A DNA stretch of 64,000 nucleotides from Candidatus Binatia bacterium. GTDB lineage: Bacteria > Desulfobacterota > Binatia > Bin18. Every line of letters begins with the position of its first letter. Position 1 is the stretch's first letter. A model generated the notes under the pieces. The model did no database searches, had not been told where the DNA came from, and was given only the letters and a program-made list of their open reading frames with translations. This document shows, in pieces, positions 1 through 10,148 of this stretch. The position numbers were made by a program, and so were the translations under genes. The stretch spans positions 96,001 to 160,000 of the forward strand of contig CAXXHG010000018.1 of NCBI GenBank assembly GCA_963666315.2, given 5' to 3'.

Positions 1-288
1 CCAACGCAACGCCATACCGTACCAATACAAGGACTCGTCTGCCCAATCCTCAATCAGACGTTGCTGCGCGGCAATCAGGTGATCAGCTGAAAGCAAAGGC
101 GGGTCAGGCTGATAGTCGTCAAGCGCGGGCATTTTGCCTGTGGTCGGATTATTCCGACGCAGATCCTGAAACGTCTGTGGCTCGTGCAGCTCAAACGGCA
201 GCCGCTTAAGCATGAGGCCCCGATAGACCTTTTCTACAAAAGGGGAGCGGCGCGAGCCGTGCAGAATGATCTTCTTTTGTCCTGGCAT
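1..288 (-). CDS. Glutathione S-transferase family protein, 5' part (runs off window start); apparent internal in-frame deletion
   Basis: Manual translation from ATG at 288: MPGQKKIILHGSRRSPFVEKVYRGLMLKRLPF...NPTTGKMPALDDYQPDPPLL...IEDWADESLYW. SPFxxKV and NPxGKxP motifs are GST N-domain-like. Starts 5 bp after the epoxide hydrolase stop. Confidence 0.75.
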   Translation of the reverse strand, partial: MPGQKKIILHGSRRSPFVEKVYRGLMLKRLPFELHEPQTFQDLRRNNPTTGKMPALDDYQPDPPLLSADHLIAAQQRLIEDWADESLYWYGMALRW

Positions 289-293
289 GGTTC

Positions 294-1448
294 CTAGCGC
301 AAGCCCCGGAAAAATTTTCGAATGTCTTCCGCCACGAGCTTGGGTTTCTCCATGGCCGCAAAGTGGCCGCCGGCCGACATGTCCGTCCAGTGCTGGACAT
401 TGTACGCCCGTTCAGCCCACTCTCGTGGAGCGCGGGCAATTTCCTTGGGAAAGGATGCAATCCCGGTTGGCACAGTGACCTTTTCATCTTTCCCAAGTCG
501 CCACGGGTGATGCCGCTCTTCGTAATAAATCCGCGAAGCCGAATGGAACGTCTGCGTTATCCAATAGATCATGACGTTGGTAAGGAGTTGATCTTTGGTG
601 TACGAGTTCTCCGGATTGCCATTGCAATCGCTCCACGTCCGAAATTTCTCGACAATCCAGGCACACAGTCCGACCGGCGAGTCATTGAGCGCAAAACCTA
701 AGGTCTGGGGCTTGGTGCCTTGAATCTCTTGGTAACCTCTTTCCTCTCGTTGCCACGCACCCATCCCTTTCAGGAACTCTTGTTCAGCCGCGCTCAAGTT
801 TTGGCGGTTGGCAGGGTGAGGCGCGACCCCTATCATATTGAGATGGATACCAATAAGCTGCTCAGGACAGGCGTACCCCAGCCGTGAGGAAATCATCGAT
901 CCCCAATCGCCCCCCTGTGCACCGTAGCGTTCATAGCCGAGCACGTCTTTCATTAAGACGGCGAACCAATCCGCCATGCGACTAATATTCACCTTACGCT
1001 CGTGTGGGGGATCAGAAAATCCGTAACCTGGCAGTGATGGTACGATCACGTCAAACGCATCAGCAGAATCACCACCGTGGGCCGCCGGGTCAGTCAGCGG
1101 CCCGATCACATCCATGAATTCATAAAACGACCCAGGCCATCCGTGCGAAATAATCAGCGGCAGCGGGTTCGGCCCTTTGCCGCGTTCATGGATGAAGTGA
1201 ATCCCCTGGCCATCAATCGTGGTTTTAAAATGCTGCCAACGGTTCATCTGCTTCTCCTGGGCCCGCCAGTCGTACTGGGTGCGCCAGTATTCGACCAACT
1301 GCTGGATATAAGACAGATTTGCCCCGTAATCCCAGTTTGAATCAGGCAGCTCTCCCGGCCAACGGACCTGATGAAGCCGATTTTTGAGATCATCAAGAAC
1401 GGTATCTGGGATATTGATCGTAAAAGGTTCCGGCGGGGTGTATTCCAT
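294..1448 (-). CDS. Epoxide hydrolase (microsomal/EHN-type alpha/beta hydrolase)
   Basis: HGWPGS, PSLPGYGFS, QGGDWG nucleophile and GGHFAAME motifs. Confidence 0.95.
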   Translation of the reverse strand: MEYTPPEPFTINIPDTVLDDLKNRLHQVRWPGELPDSNWDYGANLSYIQQLVEYWRTQYDWRAQEKQMNRWQHFKTTIDGQGIHFIHERGKGPNPLPLIISHGWPGSFYEFMDVIGPLTDPAAHGGDSADAFDVIVPSLPGYGFSDPPHERKVNISRMADWFAVLMKDVLGYERYGAQGGDWGSMISSRLGYACPEQLIGIHLNMIGVAPHPANRQNLSAAEQEFLKGMGAWQREERGYQEIQGTKPQTLGFALNDSPVGLCAWIVEKFRTWSDCNGNPENSYTKDQLLTNVMIYWITQTFHSASRIYYEERHHPWRLGKDEKVTVPTGIASFPKEIARAPREWAERAYNVQHWTDMSAGGHFAAMEKPKLVAEDIRKFFRGLR

Positions 1449-1510
1449 GGTTTTTTCTCCTTCGGGTTAGGCGCAATGCCGGAATTGTCTAGGCAATTCG
1501 TGAACCGCAT

Positions 1511-2881
1511 CTACTTTTGCTGCGACTGCTTTTTCCGTCGTGCACGCATCCGTTCCGCTATCACCTTCTCCTGTCCTCGCTCGCTCGGCTGATAATACTG
1601 CCGCTTTGACAACTTCTCGGGCAAGTGCTGCTGGTCTATCATGGCCTCCTCATAGTCATGCGCGTACTGGTAGTCTTTGCCATAGCCGAGGTTTTTCATC
1701 AATTTGGTAGGAGCGTTACGCAGATGCAGCGGCACGGGCAGCGGGCCATATTCTTTCACGTCTTCCTGGGCTGCCAACATGGCCTTGTATGAGGCGTTTG
1801 ATTTTGGCGCTGTGGCAAGATACGTCGCCGCTTGCGCAAGCGGGATGCGCGCCTCAGGCAGACCAACAAAATGGACGGCATCCTTTGTTGCTATGACGAG
1901 CGACAGGGCGTGCGGGTCAGCGTTGCCAACATCCTCGGCAGCGAAGATCACCATCCGTCTGGCAATAAACAAAATATCTTCGCCAGCCTCAAGCATGCGC
2001 ATCATCCAGTACACGGCGGCGTCAGGATCACTGCCCCGCAAGCTCTTAATAAAAGCGGAAATAACGTTGTAGTGTTCCTCGCCCCCCTTATCGTAGCGCA
2101 GGGATCTCTGCTGCGTCGCTTCTTTGACAAGAGGCAAGTCGAGACGCGTGGTCTTCTTTTGCCCAGCCAGCGTTGCCACAACTTCAAGCGTATTTAACGC
2201 CACCCGCGCGTCGCCGTGGGCATAGTGCGCAATCGTGCCAAGTACGTCTTCGTCAGCCGCCAGGTGCTGCGACCCGAGACCGCGCTCTTCATCCTGCAGC
2301 GCCGCCCGAAGAATCTGGACCAGATCCTCCGACTCTAAGGCTTCCAACACCACCACGCGTGCACGGGATAAAAGCGGGGCAATCACTTCAAAAGACGGAT
2401 TTTCGGTTGTCGCCCCAATCAGAATAGTCAGACCCTGCTCAACATGAGGCAGAAAAGCATCCTGCTGCGCCTTATTAAAACGATGGATCTCGTCAACGAA
2501 TAAGACCGTTGATAGCCCCGTCTGCTGCTGGTGTGCTTTCGCCTGTTCGATAATCAGACGGAGATCTTTGACCCCGGACAGAACAGCCGAGAAAGCCGCA
2601 AAGGGCAGATCCATAGCCTGAGCCAAAAGATGGGCTAAAGTGGTTTTCCCACTTCCCGGCGGTCCCCATAAGATCAGAGACGAGAGCGCCTGCTGCTCAA
2701 CCATTTGGCGCAACAGCCGGCCAGGGCCAAGAATACGTCTTTGGCCCACGTAGGCATCAAGCGTCTGCGGCCGCATGCGCTCGGCAAGTGGGGCGGTAGG
2801 AGAAGGAGGAGTTGGAGGGGCTTTCTTGGCTGTCTCCTTTACGGCAGTATGGGCGAATAAGTCAGGATGGCGTGTTGACAT
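1511..2881 (-). CDS. rarA: Replication-associated recombination protein RarA/MgsA (AAA+ ATPase)
   Basis: PLAERMRP, Walker A GPPGSGKTT, DEIHRFNKAQQD, SAFIKSLRGSDPDAA, PLHLRNAPT. Start placed at ATG 2881 because the longer ORF overlaps the NAD kinase antisense. Confidence 0.96.
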   Translation of the reverse strand: MSTRHPDLFAHTAVKETAKKAPPTPPSPTAPLAERMRPQTLDAYVGQRRILGPGRLLRQMVEQQALSSLILWGPPGSGKTTLAHLLAQAMDLPFAAFSAVLSGVKDLRLIIEQAKAHQQQTGLSTVLFVDEIHRFNKAQQDAFLPHVEQGLTILIGATTENPSFEVIAPLLSRARVVVLEALESEDLVQILRAALQDEERGLGSQHLAADEDVLGTIAHYAHGDARVALNTLEVVATLAGQKKTTRLDLPLVKEATQQRSLRYDKGGEEHYNVISAFIKSLRGSDPDAAVYWMMRMLEAGEDILFIARRMVIFAAEDVGNADPHALSLVIATKDAVHFVGLPEARIPLAQAATYLATAPKSNASYKAMLAAQEDVKEYGPLPVPLHLRNAPTKLMKNLGYGKDYQYAHDYEEAMIDQQHLPEKLSKRQYYQPSERGQEKVIAERMRARRKKQSQQK

Positions 2882-2944
2882 GCGAACGTCATTATACCCA
2901 AGACAAAGCAAAAAGGGAGCGCCCGATCCTCCCCCGCAGCAACC

Positions 2945-3799
2945 ATGAAAACGATTGGTCTGGTGATCAAAGTCAACACGCCAGAAGCGGTTACTTTGGG
3001 CCGAACACTGATAGCTTGGTTGCAGAAACGGGGCAAAACCATCCTGCCTGAGGATAGGACCTGCGGAGAGCTGGGGCTCGACCGCGGCTGGCGGAAAGTT
3101 GAAATTCTGCAACAGGCCGACCTTGTGGTCGTGCTCGGGGGTGATGGGACCCTGCTGAGTGTTGCCCGCCGCGCGAATTCCCGCGAGGTACCGATTCTTG
3201 GTGTAAATCTGGGCGGATTCGGCTTTTTGACTGAAACCAGAACTAGCGAGCTGCTGGGTATGCTCGAGCAGGTTATGAGCGGTGAGTTTGAAGTTGAACG
3301 GCGGAGTTTGCTTGAAGCCACGCTGATCCGGAATGGCGGACACAGCCAGACCTTTCAAGTCCTCAATGATGCAGTCATTAATAAAAGTGCGCTCGCCCGT
3401 ATCATTGACTTGGAAACCTGGGTCGACGGCCAACACCTGTGTACCTACAAGGCTGATGGGTTAATTGTCGCCACTCCCACCGGCTCGACTGCCTATTCCT
3501 TAGCAGCAGGAGGTCCCATCATTGATCCAGCCGTCGGAGTAGTCATGCTCACCCCGATCTGTCCGCATACCCTGACCAACCGCCCCATTATCCTGCCCGA
3601 CTATGCGGACATTCGGGTTGTTCTGCGTACGGTTGACCAAGATGTTATTCTCACCCTCGATGGCCAAGAGGGCCATCCGCTCAAGAGCGGAGATACTGTC
3701 AGGATTAAGCGCTCTGGCATAACCGTCGTCTTAATCAAATCCCCTAATCGGACGTTTTTCGACGTCCTGCGCAGTAAACTGCGTTGGGGTGAACGGTAA
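2945..3799 (+). CDS. nadK: NAD kinase
   Basis: GGDGT, GVNLGGFGFLT, LND, DGLIVATPTGSTAYSLAAGGP motifs. Confidence 0.97.
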   Translation: MKTIGLVIKVNTPEAVTLGRTLIAWLQKRGKTILPEDRTCGELGLDRGWRKVEILQQADLVVVLGGDGTLLSVARRANSREVPILGVNLGGFGFLTETRTSELLGMLEQVMSGEFEVERRSLLEATLIRNGGHSQTFQVLNDAVINKSALARIIDLETWVDGQHLCTYKADGLIVATPTGSTAYSLAAGGPIIDPAVGVVMLTPICPHTLTNRPIILPDYADIRVVLRTVDQDVILTLDGQEGHPLKSGDTVRIKRSGITVVLIKSPNRTFFDVLRSKLRWGER

Positions 3800-4778
3800 G
3801 GAAAACAAGATTGTGAAAAAATATTGTCTCTCTATTATTACGGGTCTTGCAGCCAGCTTTTTCCTCTTGCCTGCCTCTGCGACTGCAAATCCTTGTCATG
3901 AAGGTCGAGATATTCTCGGGCTCGCCCTGCATCCCACCAAACAGGCAGACGACCTCGGCCTCTCTATTGCTGAGATCATACCGCTTACGCCAGGGGCTCA
4001 GGCCGGCTTGCGCAAGGGTGATGTGCTGGAGCAGGTCAATAGCTGGCCCATACGCGACTGTAAGAGCTACCGGAAGGCAGTCCGGGATGCGCAGAAAAAA
4101 CAAAAGGCCATCCTCCTCTTAGTGTCGCGCAAAGGAAAGCGAAAGCCTATCTTTTTTGAGCCGGAAATCTGGCGACGCATACAAGAGAAAAGAGAAGAGC
4201 AGCAAGCGGTCGCGAGCCTGCAATCCATGCTGTCTTCGCCATTACCAGAAGAGATCCAAAAAAAGACAGGAAAAGTCGGAGACCAGGCGTTGGCCACCTT
4301 ACGTGGATTGGAAACGATGACCTCACTTCCGAGTCTACTCCCGGTCTACGAAAAAGGCGTCAGAGAAGCCAGAATCCAACTCCGATCACTCGACCGGGGC
4401 AGCCAAGGCGAAGCAGAGAAACGCGTTGTGGCGGGCGCTAAAGTGCTCTTTGGGTATTACGAAACGGCACGCGCCATCCGTCAGTATAAGTCCGACTATG
4501 TGAGTCGTAAACGGTCGGATCTACGCAAAGAGCGGGCGGCAAGCTTTACCTCAGAAACTATGCCGTATTTCTACGATTCGCCGGTTACGGGTTGGGTCGA
4601 TAAATACCCATTCCTGCGCGCCAGCATCAAAGATTCTCCGGATAAACTCGGGTTTGACTTTATCGAGCGCCCTGGCGGTTGGGACCCGGACAAAGCGGTT
4701 CGGCTGCTGTGGCAGCGCGCCAGGAACGAGACAAACAAATTCGCCCAATGGATAAATGGGCAGGCAAGTACAAAGTAA
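3789..4778 (+). CDS. Exported PDZ-domain protein with unrecognised C-terminal helical region
   Basis: Signal-peptide-like N-terminus; PDZ-like TPGAQAGLRKGDVLEQVN; overlaps nadK end (start may be GTG 3813). Confidence 0.7.
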   Translation: MNGKENKIVKKYCLSIITGLAASFFLLPASATANPCHEGRDILGLALHPTKQADDLGLSIAEIIPLTPGAQAGLRKGDVLEQVNSWPIRDCKSYRKAVRDAQKKQKAILLLVSRKGKRKPIFFEPEIWRRIQEKREEQQAVASLQSMLSSPLPEEIQKKTGKVGDQALATLRGLETMTSLPSLLPVYEKGVREARIQLRSLDRGSQGEAEKRVVAGAKVLFGYYETARAIRQYKSDYVSRKRSDLRKERAASFTSETMPYFYDSPVTGWVDKYPFLRASIKDSPDKLGFDFIERPGGWDPDKAVRLLWQRARNETNKFAQWINGQASTK

Positions 4779-4788
4779 TACGTGCTAA

Positions 4789-4949
4789 GAGGGGGTCCAA
4801 AATGTCCATTCTGGGTGTCGCCCGGCTGCAACCAGTGTGTCCAGCGTTCTCCTGCATCGCCATATCCCACGGATATGGCTGCTTCGGGCGCCTTGGTCAC
4901 ACCGTTTTCTCTCGGGCTTTGGCCACAGAGACACTTATTAGACACCCTC
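4789..4949. mobile_element. MITE-like element with imperfect TIRs and TAA target-site duplication (IS5-family/IS1031-like ends)
   Basis: Left GAGGGGGTCCAAAA vs right (rc) GAGGGTGTCTAATA, 11/14 match; TAA at 4786-4788 and 4950-4952; internal hairpin CCATATCC-cac-GGATATGG. Confidence 0.6.
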
Positions 4950-5025
4950 TAAGGACTACGGCTTTGTCTTTTCACTCAGTCCTTATTGCGTTTCGCTCAT
5001 TATTGAGTACAGCTCCTTATTCACG

Positions 5026-6237
5026 TCAGAACGGCCACCAGCGTTCCCACACACCTGCTTGTGCCACATCCTGAGCGGCCGCAGCCTGCGTCTGCCCGAG
5101 CCGTGATCCATTCAGCGTCACCACAACAGACCCGAGAACCTGTCCAGCCGTAATCGGTGCAGGCACGCGCTCTGACACATCGATTTCAATCCGGATTTTC
5201 ATTATTTCGCTTTTTTTGACTAACGTCCGGATCTCTCCTACTGCTACCAAAGGAACACGTTCATGGACTCCGCCTTGCACGAAGGCGTGATGCGCAAGCG
5301 CATCACCCGGTTTGACGGCTACGACCATGCGATAATGGGCAAATCCACGATTGAGAAGACGCGTCGCACTTAAAAAGCACTGCGCCCGCTGCTCAGTCCC
5401 CAGCACAACGGCAATCAGTCGCAGATCACCACGCTGCGCACTGGCAGTGATACAATATCCGGCTTGACTGTGATAGCCGGTCTTAATGCCATCCGCGCCA
5501 CGATACTGCCGGAGCAACTGGTTGGGATTGGACAACAGAAAAACACCGTCTCGAAAGGGTGCCTCGCTGGTCGCCGCCCACTCCGCAGCTTCAGGAAACC
5601 GGAGGAGTTCACGACCCAACATCGCAAGATCGTAGGCACTCATACGATCCTCTTCCTGTCCTGGGTCGGGGGGGAGGCCGTGGACACTATTATATTGCGT
5701 TTCCTTGAGTCCAAACTGTTCGGCCTTGTCGTTCATGAAGTCGACGAAAGCCTCGGAACTGCCGGCCACATATTCAGCCAACGCGGTTGCGGCATCATTC
5801 GCAGAGTGGATCATCACGGCTCGTAACAGTTCTCTCACGGTGAAGATTTCACCTTCTTTGAGATACACCTGCGAGCCACCCATGCGGGCCGCCCAGCGAG
5901 AAGTGGAGACCTTCTCATCCATGCCAAGCTGTCCATCTCTGATTTGCTCTAAGACAACGAGCGTTGTCATCATTTTGACCATTGAGGCCGGCTGCCACGG
6001 AATATGAGCGTCTTTCTCAAACAGAATGCTCCCGGTTTCCGGCTCCATCAAAATGGCAGCTTTGTAGGGGGCGGATTCTTCACTGGCTGCATCAGCTGCC
6101 GGCACGAGGTCCGCCGCACCGATTCCGACAGGGACACGCAGAACCACGAGGAAGACTGAGAGCAGCACCATCCCGAGCCTCCCAGAAACCGACCACTCAT
6201 CCCGTCGCAGCCACCCGCGCTGAGAAACAATACCCAC
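5026..6237 (-). CDS. D-alanyl-D-alanine carboxypeptidase (peptidase S11, PBP5/6-like)
   Basis: SxxK (PASMVK), SxN (HSANDA), KTG motifs; C-terminal PBP5 domain. Confidence 0.95.
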   Translation of the reverse strand: MGIVSQRGWLRRDEWSVSGRLGMVLLSVFLVVLRVPVGIGAADLVPAADAASEESAPYKAAILMEPETGSILFEKDAHIPWQPASMVKMMTTLVVLEQIRDGQLGMDEKVSTSRWAARMGGSQVYLKEGEIFTVRELLRAVMIHSANDAATALAEYVAGSSEAFVDFMNDKAEQFGLKETQYNSVHGLPPDPGQEEDRMSAYDLAMLGRELLRFPEAAEWAATSEAPFRDGVFLLSNPNQLLRQYRGADGIKTGYHSQAGYCITASAQRGDLRLIAVVLGTEQRAQCFLSATRLLNRGFAHYRMVVAVKPGDALAHHAFVQGGVHERVPLVAVGEIRTLVKKSEIMKIRIEIDVSERVPAPITAGQVLGSVVVTLNGSRLGQTQAAAAQDVAQAGVWERWWPF

Positions 6238-6371
6238 CCCGAGACCTCCTTCTCCTACTCATCGTTTCCGCTAATTATGATCGGGCACGCGGGGGAGCGA
6301 GTCAAGCGACACCGAGACAGACAACGCTCATGGCCGGTCGTCGTACGAGGTGTCATGCCTATGGACTCTCT

Positions 6372-8102
6372 CTATAATTGCCGCAACTGACGGGTCTGTG
6401 CCCAGTTAATCTCACACGTTTCAGTTAAGACGACGCGATACTCTTCTTCGGCCGCTCGGCGTGAAACATAGCCATCCAGCACATCCTGCCTGACCCGCTC
6501 AGGGTCGCGCTCAAACGGCGAAAAGAATCCCGCACCGCCAGGCAGACGAAGCGTCACCTGCTCGTCCGGGGCCAGCCGGTATTGTGCTTTCGGATGCGGC
6601 CGGGTCCCATCCGACAGCACAAAGTCCCCTAGTCCGCCCGGCTTTCCCCCGGAAAAACCTTGGGCCGGAAATTTTATACGGTCATACATGGCCGAGTGGA
6701 TAACCGGCTCGTTTGACCGCACAGACAAGACCATCTCTTGACCAAGTCCACCACGATACTTTCCCGGACCACCAGAGTCGGGCACCAAAGCACGCTTATG
6801 CATGACAAGGGGAGAGACGTTTTCAATAATCTCTGCAGGCACGCCTTGGATACCACTCGGGAAGGCAGTCGCGGAGATCCCGTCCTTATCCGGCCGCGCA
6901 CCCATACCACCTGCAGAGAAAAACACATACGTGAACCGATTCGCTGCACGATCTTTACCCGTGAACTGCGTAATCCAGATATTCGCCGCTCCATCAGCCA
7001 AGACTCGGTCCGGCACAGCGTGGGCTAACGCGCCAAATACTGCGGTTGAGAGAAAATGGCCGACAATATGACGGCCGCCCACAGGTGCCGGGAACTGGCA
7101 GTTTAAAATCGATCCTTCCGGCGCGGTAATGTGGATGGGCCGGAAGCTGCCCTCATTATTCGGTATATGGGGAGAAATCGCACATTTGAGGGGATAGGTC
7201 GTATACGCAATGCAATACGCCAACGGCACATTAATGCCACGCTCACACTGCGGCGACGTGCCGGCGTAATCAATTTTCAAATCAGATCCATCCACGGTTA
7301 CGGCAATCTTGACCGTGATGGGTTCATCAAAGCCGTCTATCTGGATTGTGTGCTGATAGGTTTCTTGCGGCAGCTCGGCAATGGCCTTACGCATGGCCGT
7401 CTCTGATGTACGGAGAATGGCTTCAGCCAAGGGATCGAGCGAAGCAAAATCATACTCGTCCATAAACTCCAGTAGCTTAGCCCCACCCACTTCGTTGCCG
7501 CCCACCTGGGCCATCAAGTCGCCTTCCACAAGACCGGGGGCACGCACGTTTTGTTTGATCAAGCGAAAAATGTCCTGGTTAGGCTGTCCGGCGCGAAAGA
7601 GTTTGAGGATCGGCACATAAATACCTTCTTCATACACCTGGCGCGCATCCGCCCCCAGCATCCGTCCGCCAACGTCAACCGCGTGACACGTACTCGCAAA
7701 AAGCGCGACCGGCTTGCCGCGCCGAAAGATTGGGGTGACAACGGTAAAATCGTTGAGATGGCCTGAGGTCAGCCAGGGATCATTACTGATCAGGCTGTCC
7801 CCCTCAGCTAATGTTTCCAGTGGATATTCGGTCAGAAAATGTCGCACGGCTAAGGCCATGGTGTTGATATGGCCGGGCGTGCCGGTGACGGCTTGGGCGA
7901 TCATATTGCCTTGGGTATCGAATACTCCTGCGGAAAGATCACCCGCCTCGCGCACAACCGTCGTGAATGAGGCGTTCTGCAGGGCTGTGGCTTGTTCGTT
8001 GACAATGGAAATCAAGCGGTTCCACAAAATTTCTAACCCAATGGGATCAAGCTCTTGAGTGTCCATATCTTCTTTCGTAGCCGGGCTTTGACAAGACAGC
8101 AA
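6372..8102 (-). CDS. Hydantoinase B / oxoprolinase family protein
   Basis: NDPWLTSGHLND, HAVDVGG, EEG, DSGGPGKYRGG motifs; start may be ATG 8066. Confidence 0.92.
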   Translation of the reverse strand: MLSCQSPATKEDMDTQELDPIGLEILWNRLISIVNEQATALQNASFTTVVREAGDLSAGVFDTQGNMIAQAVTGTPGHINTMALAVRHFLTEYPLETLAEGDSLISNDPWLTSGHLNDFTVVTPIFRRGKPVALFASTCHAVDVGGRMLGADARQVYEEGIYVPILKLFRAGQPNQDIFRLIKQNVRAPGLVEGDLMAQVGGNEVGGAKLLEFMDEYDFASLDPLAEAILRTSETAMRKAIAELPQETYQHTIQIDGFDEPITVKIAVTVDGSDLKIDYAGTSPQCERGINVPLAYCIAYTTYPLKCAISPHIPNNEGSFRPIHITAPEGSILNCQFPAPVGGRHIVGHFLSTAVFGALAHAVPDRVLADGAANIWITQFTGKDRAANRFTYVFFSAGGMGARPDKDGISATAFPSGIQGVPAEIIENVSPLVMHKRALVPDSGGPGKYRGGLGQEMVLSVRSNEPVIHSAMYDRIKFPAQGFSGGKPGGLGDFVLSDGTRPHPKAQYRLAPDEQVTLRLPGGAGFFSPFERDPERVRQDVLDGYVSRRAAEEEYRVVLTETCEINWAQTRQLRQL

Positions 8103-8202
8103 GTCACTTTCCTACTCCTCCCTCTTGAAAAGTACTGCCAACCCCAGATAAACACGTTACTTCAGTTCTTGTGTGGATACGAAATCAATTAAGGAGGAAA
8201 CC

Positions 8203-9129
8203 ATGCCCCTAGGTGAACAAGAAAAAGGGTTTATTGCCCAACTCGAGGCGGCCGGCGGTGGCGGCTTCAATGAGATGTCGGTTGAGGAAGCCCGACTAGC
8301 TATTTTGCAATTATTCAAAGTCGAGAACCCGGAACAGGTCGCAAGTGTCGAAGACAGGAAGATTCCGACCGTCAATGGAGATCTTCCACTCCGCATCTAT
8401 ACCCCTACAGGTGACGGCCCCCACCCCATTCTCATGTTCTTCCACGGGGGAGGCTGGGTTGTCGGCAACCTCGAAAGCCATGATGCCATGTGCCGCGTCC
8501 TGACCAATGCCGCCCAGTGTATGACGATTTCGGTCGATTACCGCTTAGCACCGGAACACAAATTTCCGGCGGCACCAGACGATTGCTATGAAGCCACCAA
8601 ATGGGCCGTGCTGAATGCGGCTGCTCTTGGAGGAGATCCGCAACGGGTCGCCGTGGGCGGCGATAGCGCCGGCGGCAACCTGGCTGCCGCGGTGGCATTG
8701 ATGGCCGGAGATCGAGGCGCTCCGTCGTTGGCCTATCAACTGCTGCTCTATCCGGTCACCAACCATGCCTTTGACACCGAGTCGTGCAAGCAGAACGGCG
8801 AGGGGTATTTGCTGACCAAAGACGACATGGTCTGGTTCTGGGATCACTACCTGGAAAATGACGAGGCCGGGAAGGCCCCGTATGCCTCGCCGTTACAGGC
8901 TAAGTATATCAATAGCCCGGCGCCAGGGTTAGTGATGACGGCCGAGTTTGACCCGCTGCGCGATGAAGGCGAAGCGTATGGCAAGAAGCTCCAAGACGCC
9001 GGCGCAGATATTACAATCTCGCGTTACGCGGGAACAATTCACGGCTTCTTCGGGCTCTTTCAGCTTGACGCTCAGAAGAAAGCCTTGGCCGAAGCGGCTG
9101 AGGGGTTGAAAACCGCCTTCGCGAAGTAA
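8203..9129 (+). CDS. Hormone-sensitive-lipase family esterase (Aes-like)
   Basis: HGGG, GDSAGG, DPLRDEG, HGF; AAGGAGG RBS before ATG 8203. Confidence 0.95.
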   Translation: MPLGEQEKGFIAQLEAAGGGGFNEMSVEEARLAILQLFKVENPEQVASVEDRKIPTVNGDLPLRIYTPTGDGPHPILMFFHGGGWVVGNLESHDAMCRVLTNAAQCMTISVDYRLAPEHKFPAAPDDCYEATKWAVLNAAALGGDPQRVAVGGDSAGGNLAAAVALMAGDRGAPSLAYQLLLYPVTNHAFDTESCKQNGEGYLLTKDDMVWFWDHYLENDEAGKAPYASPLQAKYINSPAPGLVMTAEFDPLRDEGEAYGKKLQDAGADITISRYAGTIHGFFGLFQLDAQKKALAEAAEGLKTAFAK

Positions 9130-9169
9130 AGACGAACGGCTTTTACCATTCAACATTGACCGTTTATAG

Positions 9170-9197
9170 GGGGCAGTCTGGTGTGGCTGCCCTTTTT
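9170..9197 (+). terminator. Intrinsic terminator
   Basis: GGGCAG...CTGCCC stem followed by TTTTT, downstream of the esterase. Confidence 0.65.
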
Positions 9198-9398
9198 CAG
9201 GGTTTCGTCTTCTCTAACAGCTCAATATCTCCGCGGTCTTCATAACTTGTATCCCTAAGCGACTCTTGCATACTACCATGCTGAGCTCGGAACACCCAGC
9301 CGTTTCTCTCTCACTTCAAGAAAATGCTCAACATTGACTCTCCTCCTCCCCCACCTTAATTTAAGAAGAGATCTTTTCAACCCAACGGAGGCAAAACC

Positions 9399-10106
9399 AT
9401 GGCTACAACGATGACGTATTCCCAACCTGTTGCACGTGCGGGTGAAGGTGTACGCGCGGAGTTTATTCGCCGCACCTACACCCATCTCGCGTTGGCAATA
9501 CTGGGCTTTATTCTTGTTGAAAATCTTCTCTTGCAATCATCTTTTGCCCCAGCGCTCGTGCAGACCATGGTTGGTAGCTACGGCTGGTTTGTTGTTTTGG
9601 CTGCGTTTATGGGTGTGTCGTGGCTGGCCGACCGCTGGGCGCAGTCTGATGCCTCGCCCCAGATGCAATATCTTGGCCTCGGGTTGTACGTTGTGGCAGA
9701 GGCGGTCATCTTTTTGCCCATGCTGTATATTGCCACCTACTATAGCTCACCGGATGTCATTCCCACGGCGGGTCTGATGACCTTACTCTTGTTTGGCGGG
9801 CTGACATTCACCGCTTTCACCACACGCAAGGATTTCTCATTTCTGCGCGGCGTCCTCTCTATCGGCGGGTTCGTCGCTCTTGGTGTAATCTTAGCCGGCA
9901 TGCTGTTTGGATTCAGTCTAGGCTTATTCTTCTCAGCGATTATGGTCGCCTTTGCTGCGGGCTCTATCCTCTATACGACTTCAAACATCATTCATCACTA
10001 CCGACCCGATCAGCACGTGGCCGCCTCACTTGCGCTGTTTGCCGGCGTGGCCCTGATGTTTTGGTATCTGCTGCAAATCCTGCTCGCGCTGGGCGGTGAC
10101 GATTAG
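9399..10106 (+). CDS. Bax inhibitor-1/YccA family membrane protein
   Basis: FIRRTYTHL, TRKDFSFL, about 7 hydrophobic segments, ALALF near C-terminus. Confidence 0.92.
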   Translation: MATTMTYSQPVARAGEGVRAEFIRRTYTHLALAILGFILVENLLLQSSFAPALVQTMVGSYGWFVVLAAFMGVSWLADRWAQSDASPQMQYLGLGLYVVAEAVIFLPMLYIATYYSSPDVIPTAGLMTLLLFGGLTFTAFTTRKDFSFLRGVLSIGGFVALGVILAGMLFGFSLGLFFSAIMVAFAAGSILYTTSNIIHHYRPDQHVAASLALFAGVALMFWYLLQILLALGGDD

Positions 10107-10148
10107 AGGCGCGTTGGGCAATACCCAAGGAGCTATGCTTAATCTGTC

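Noticed and set aside
2882-3436. 185-aa N-terminal extension of RarA in the ORF track
   Set aside because: It is the antisense of the NAD kinase gene; RarA similarity begins near ATG 2881.
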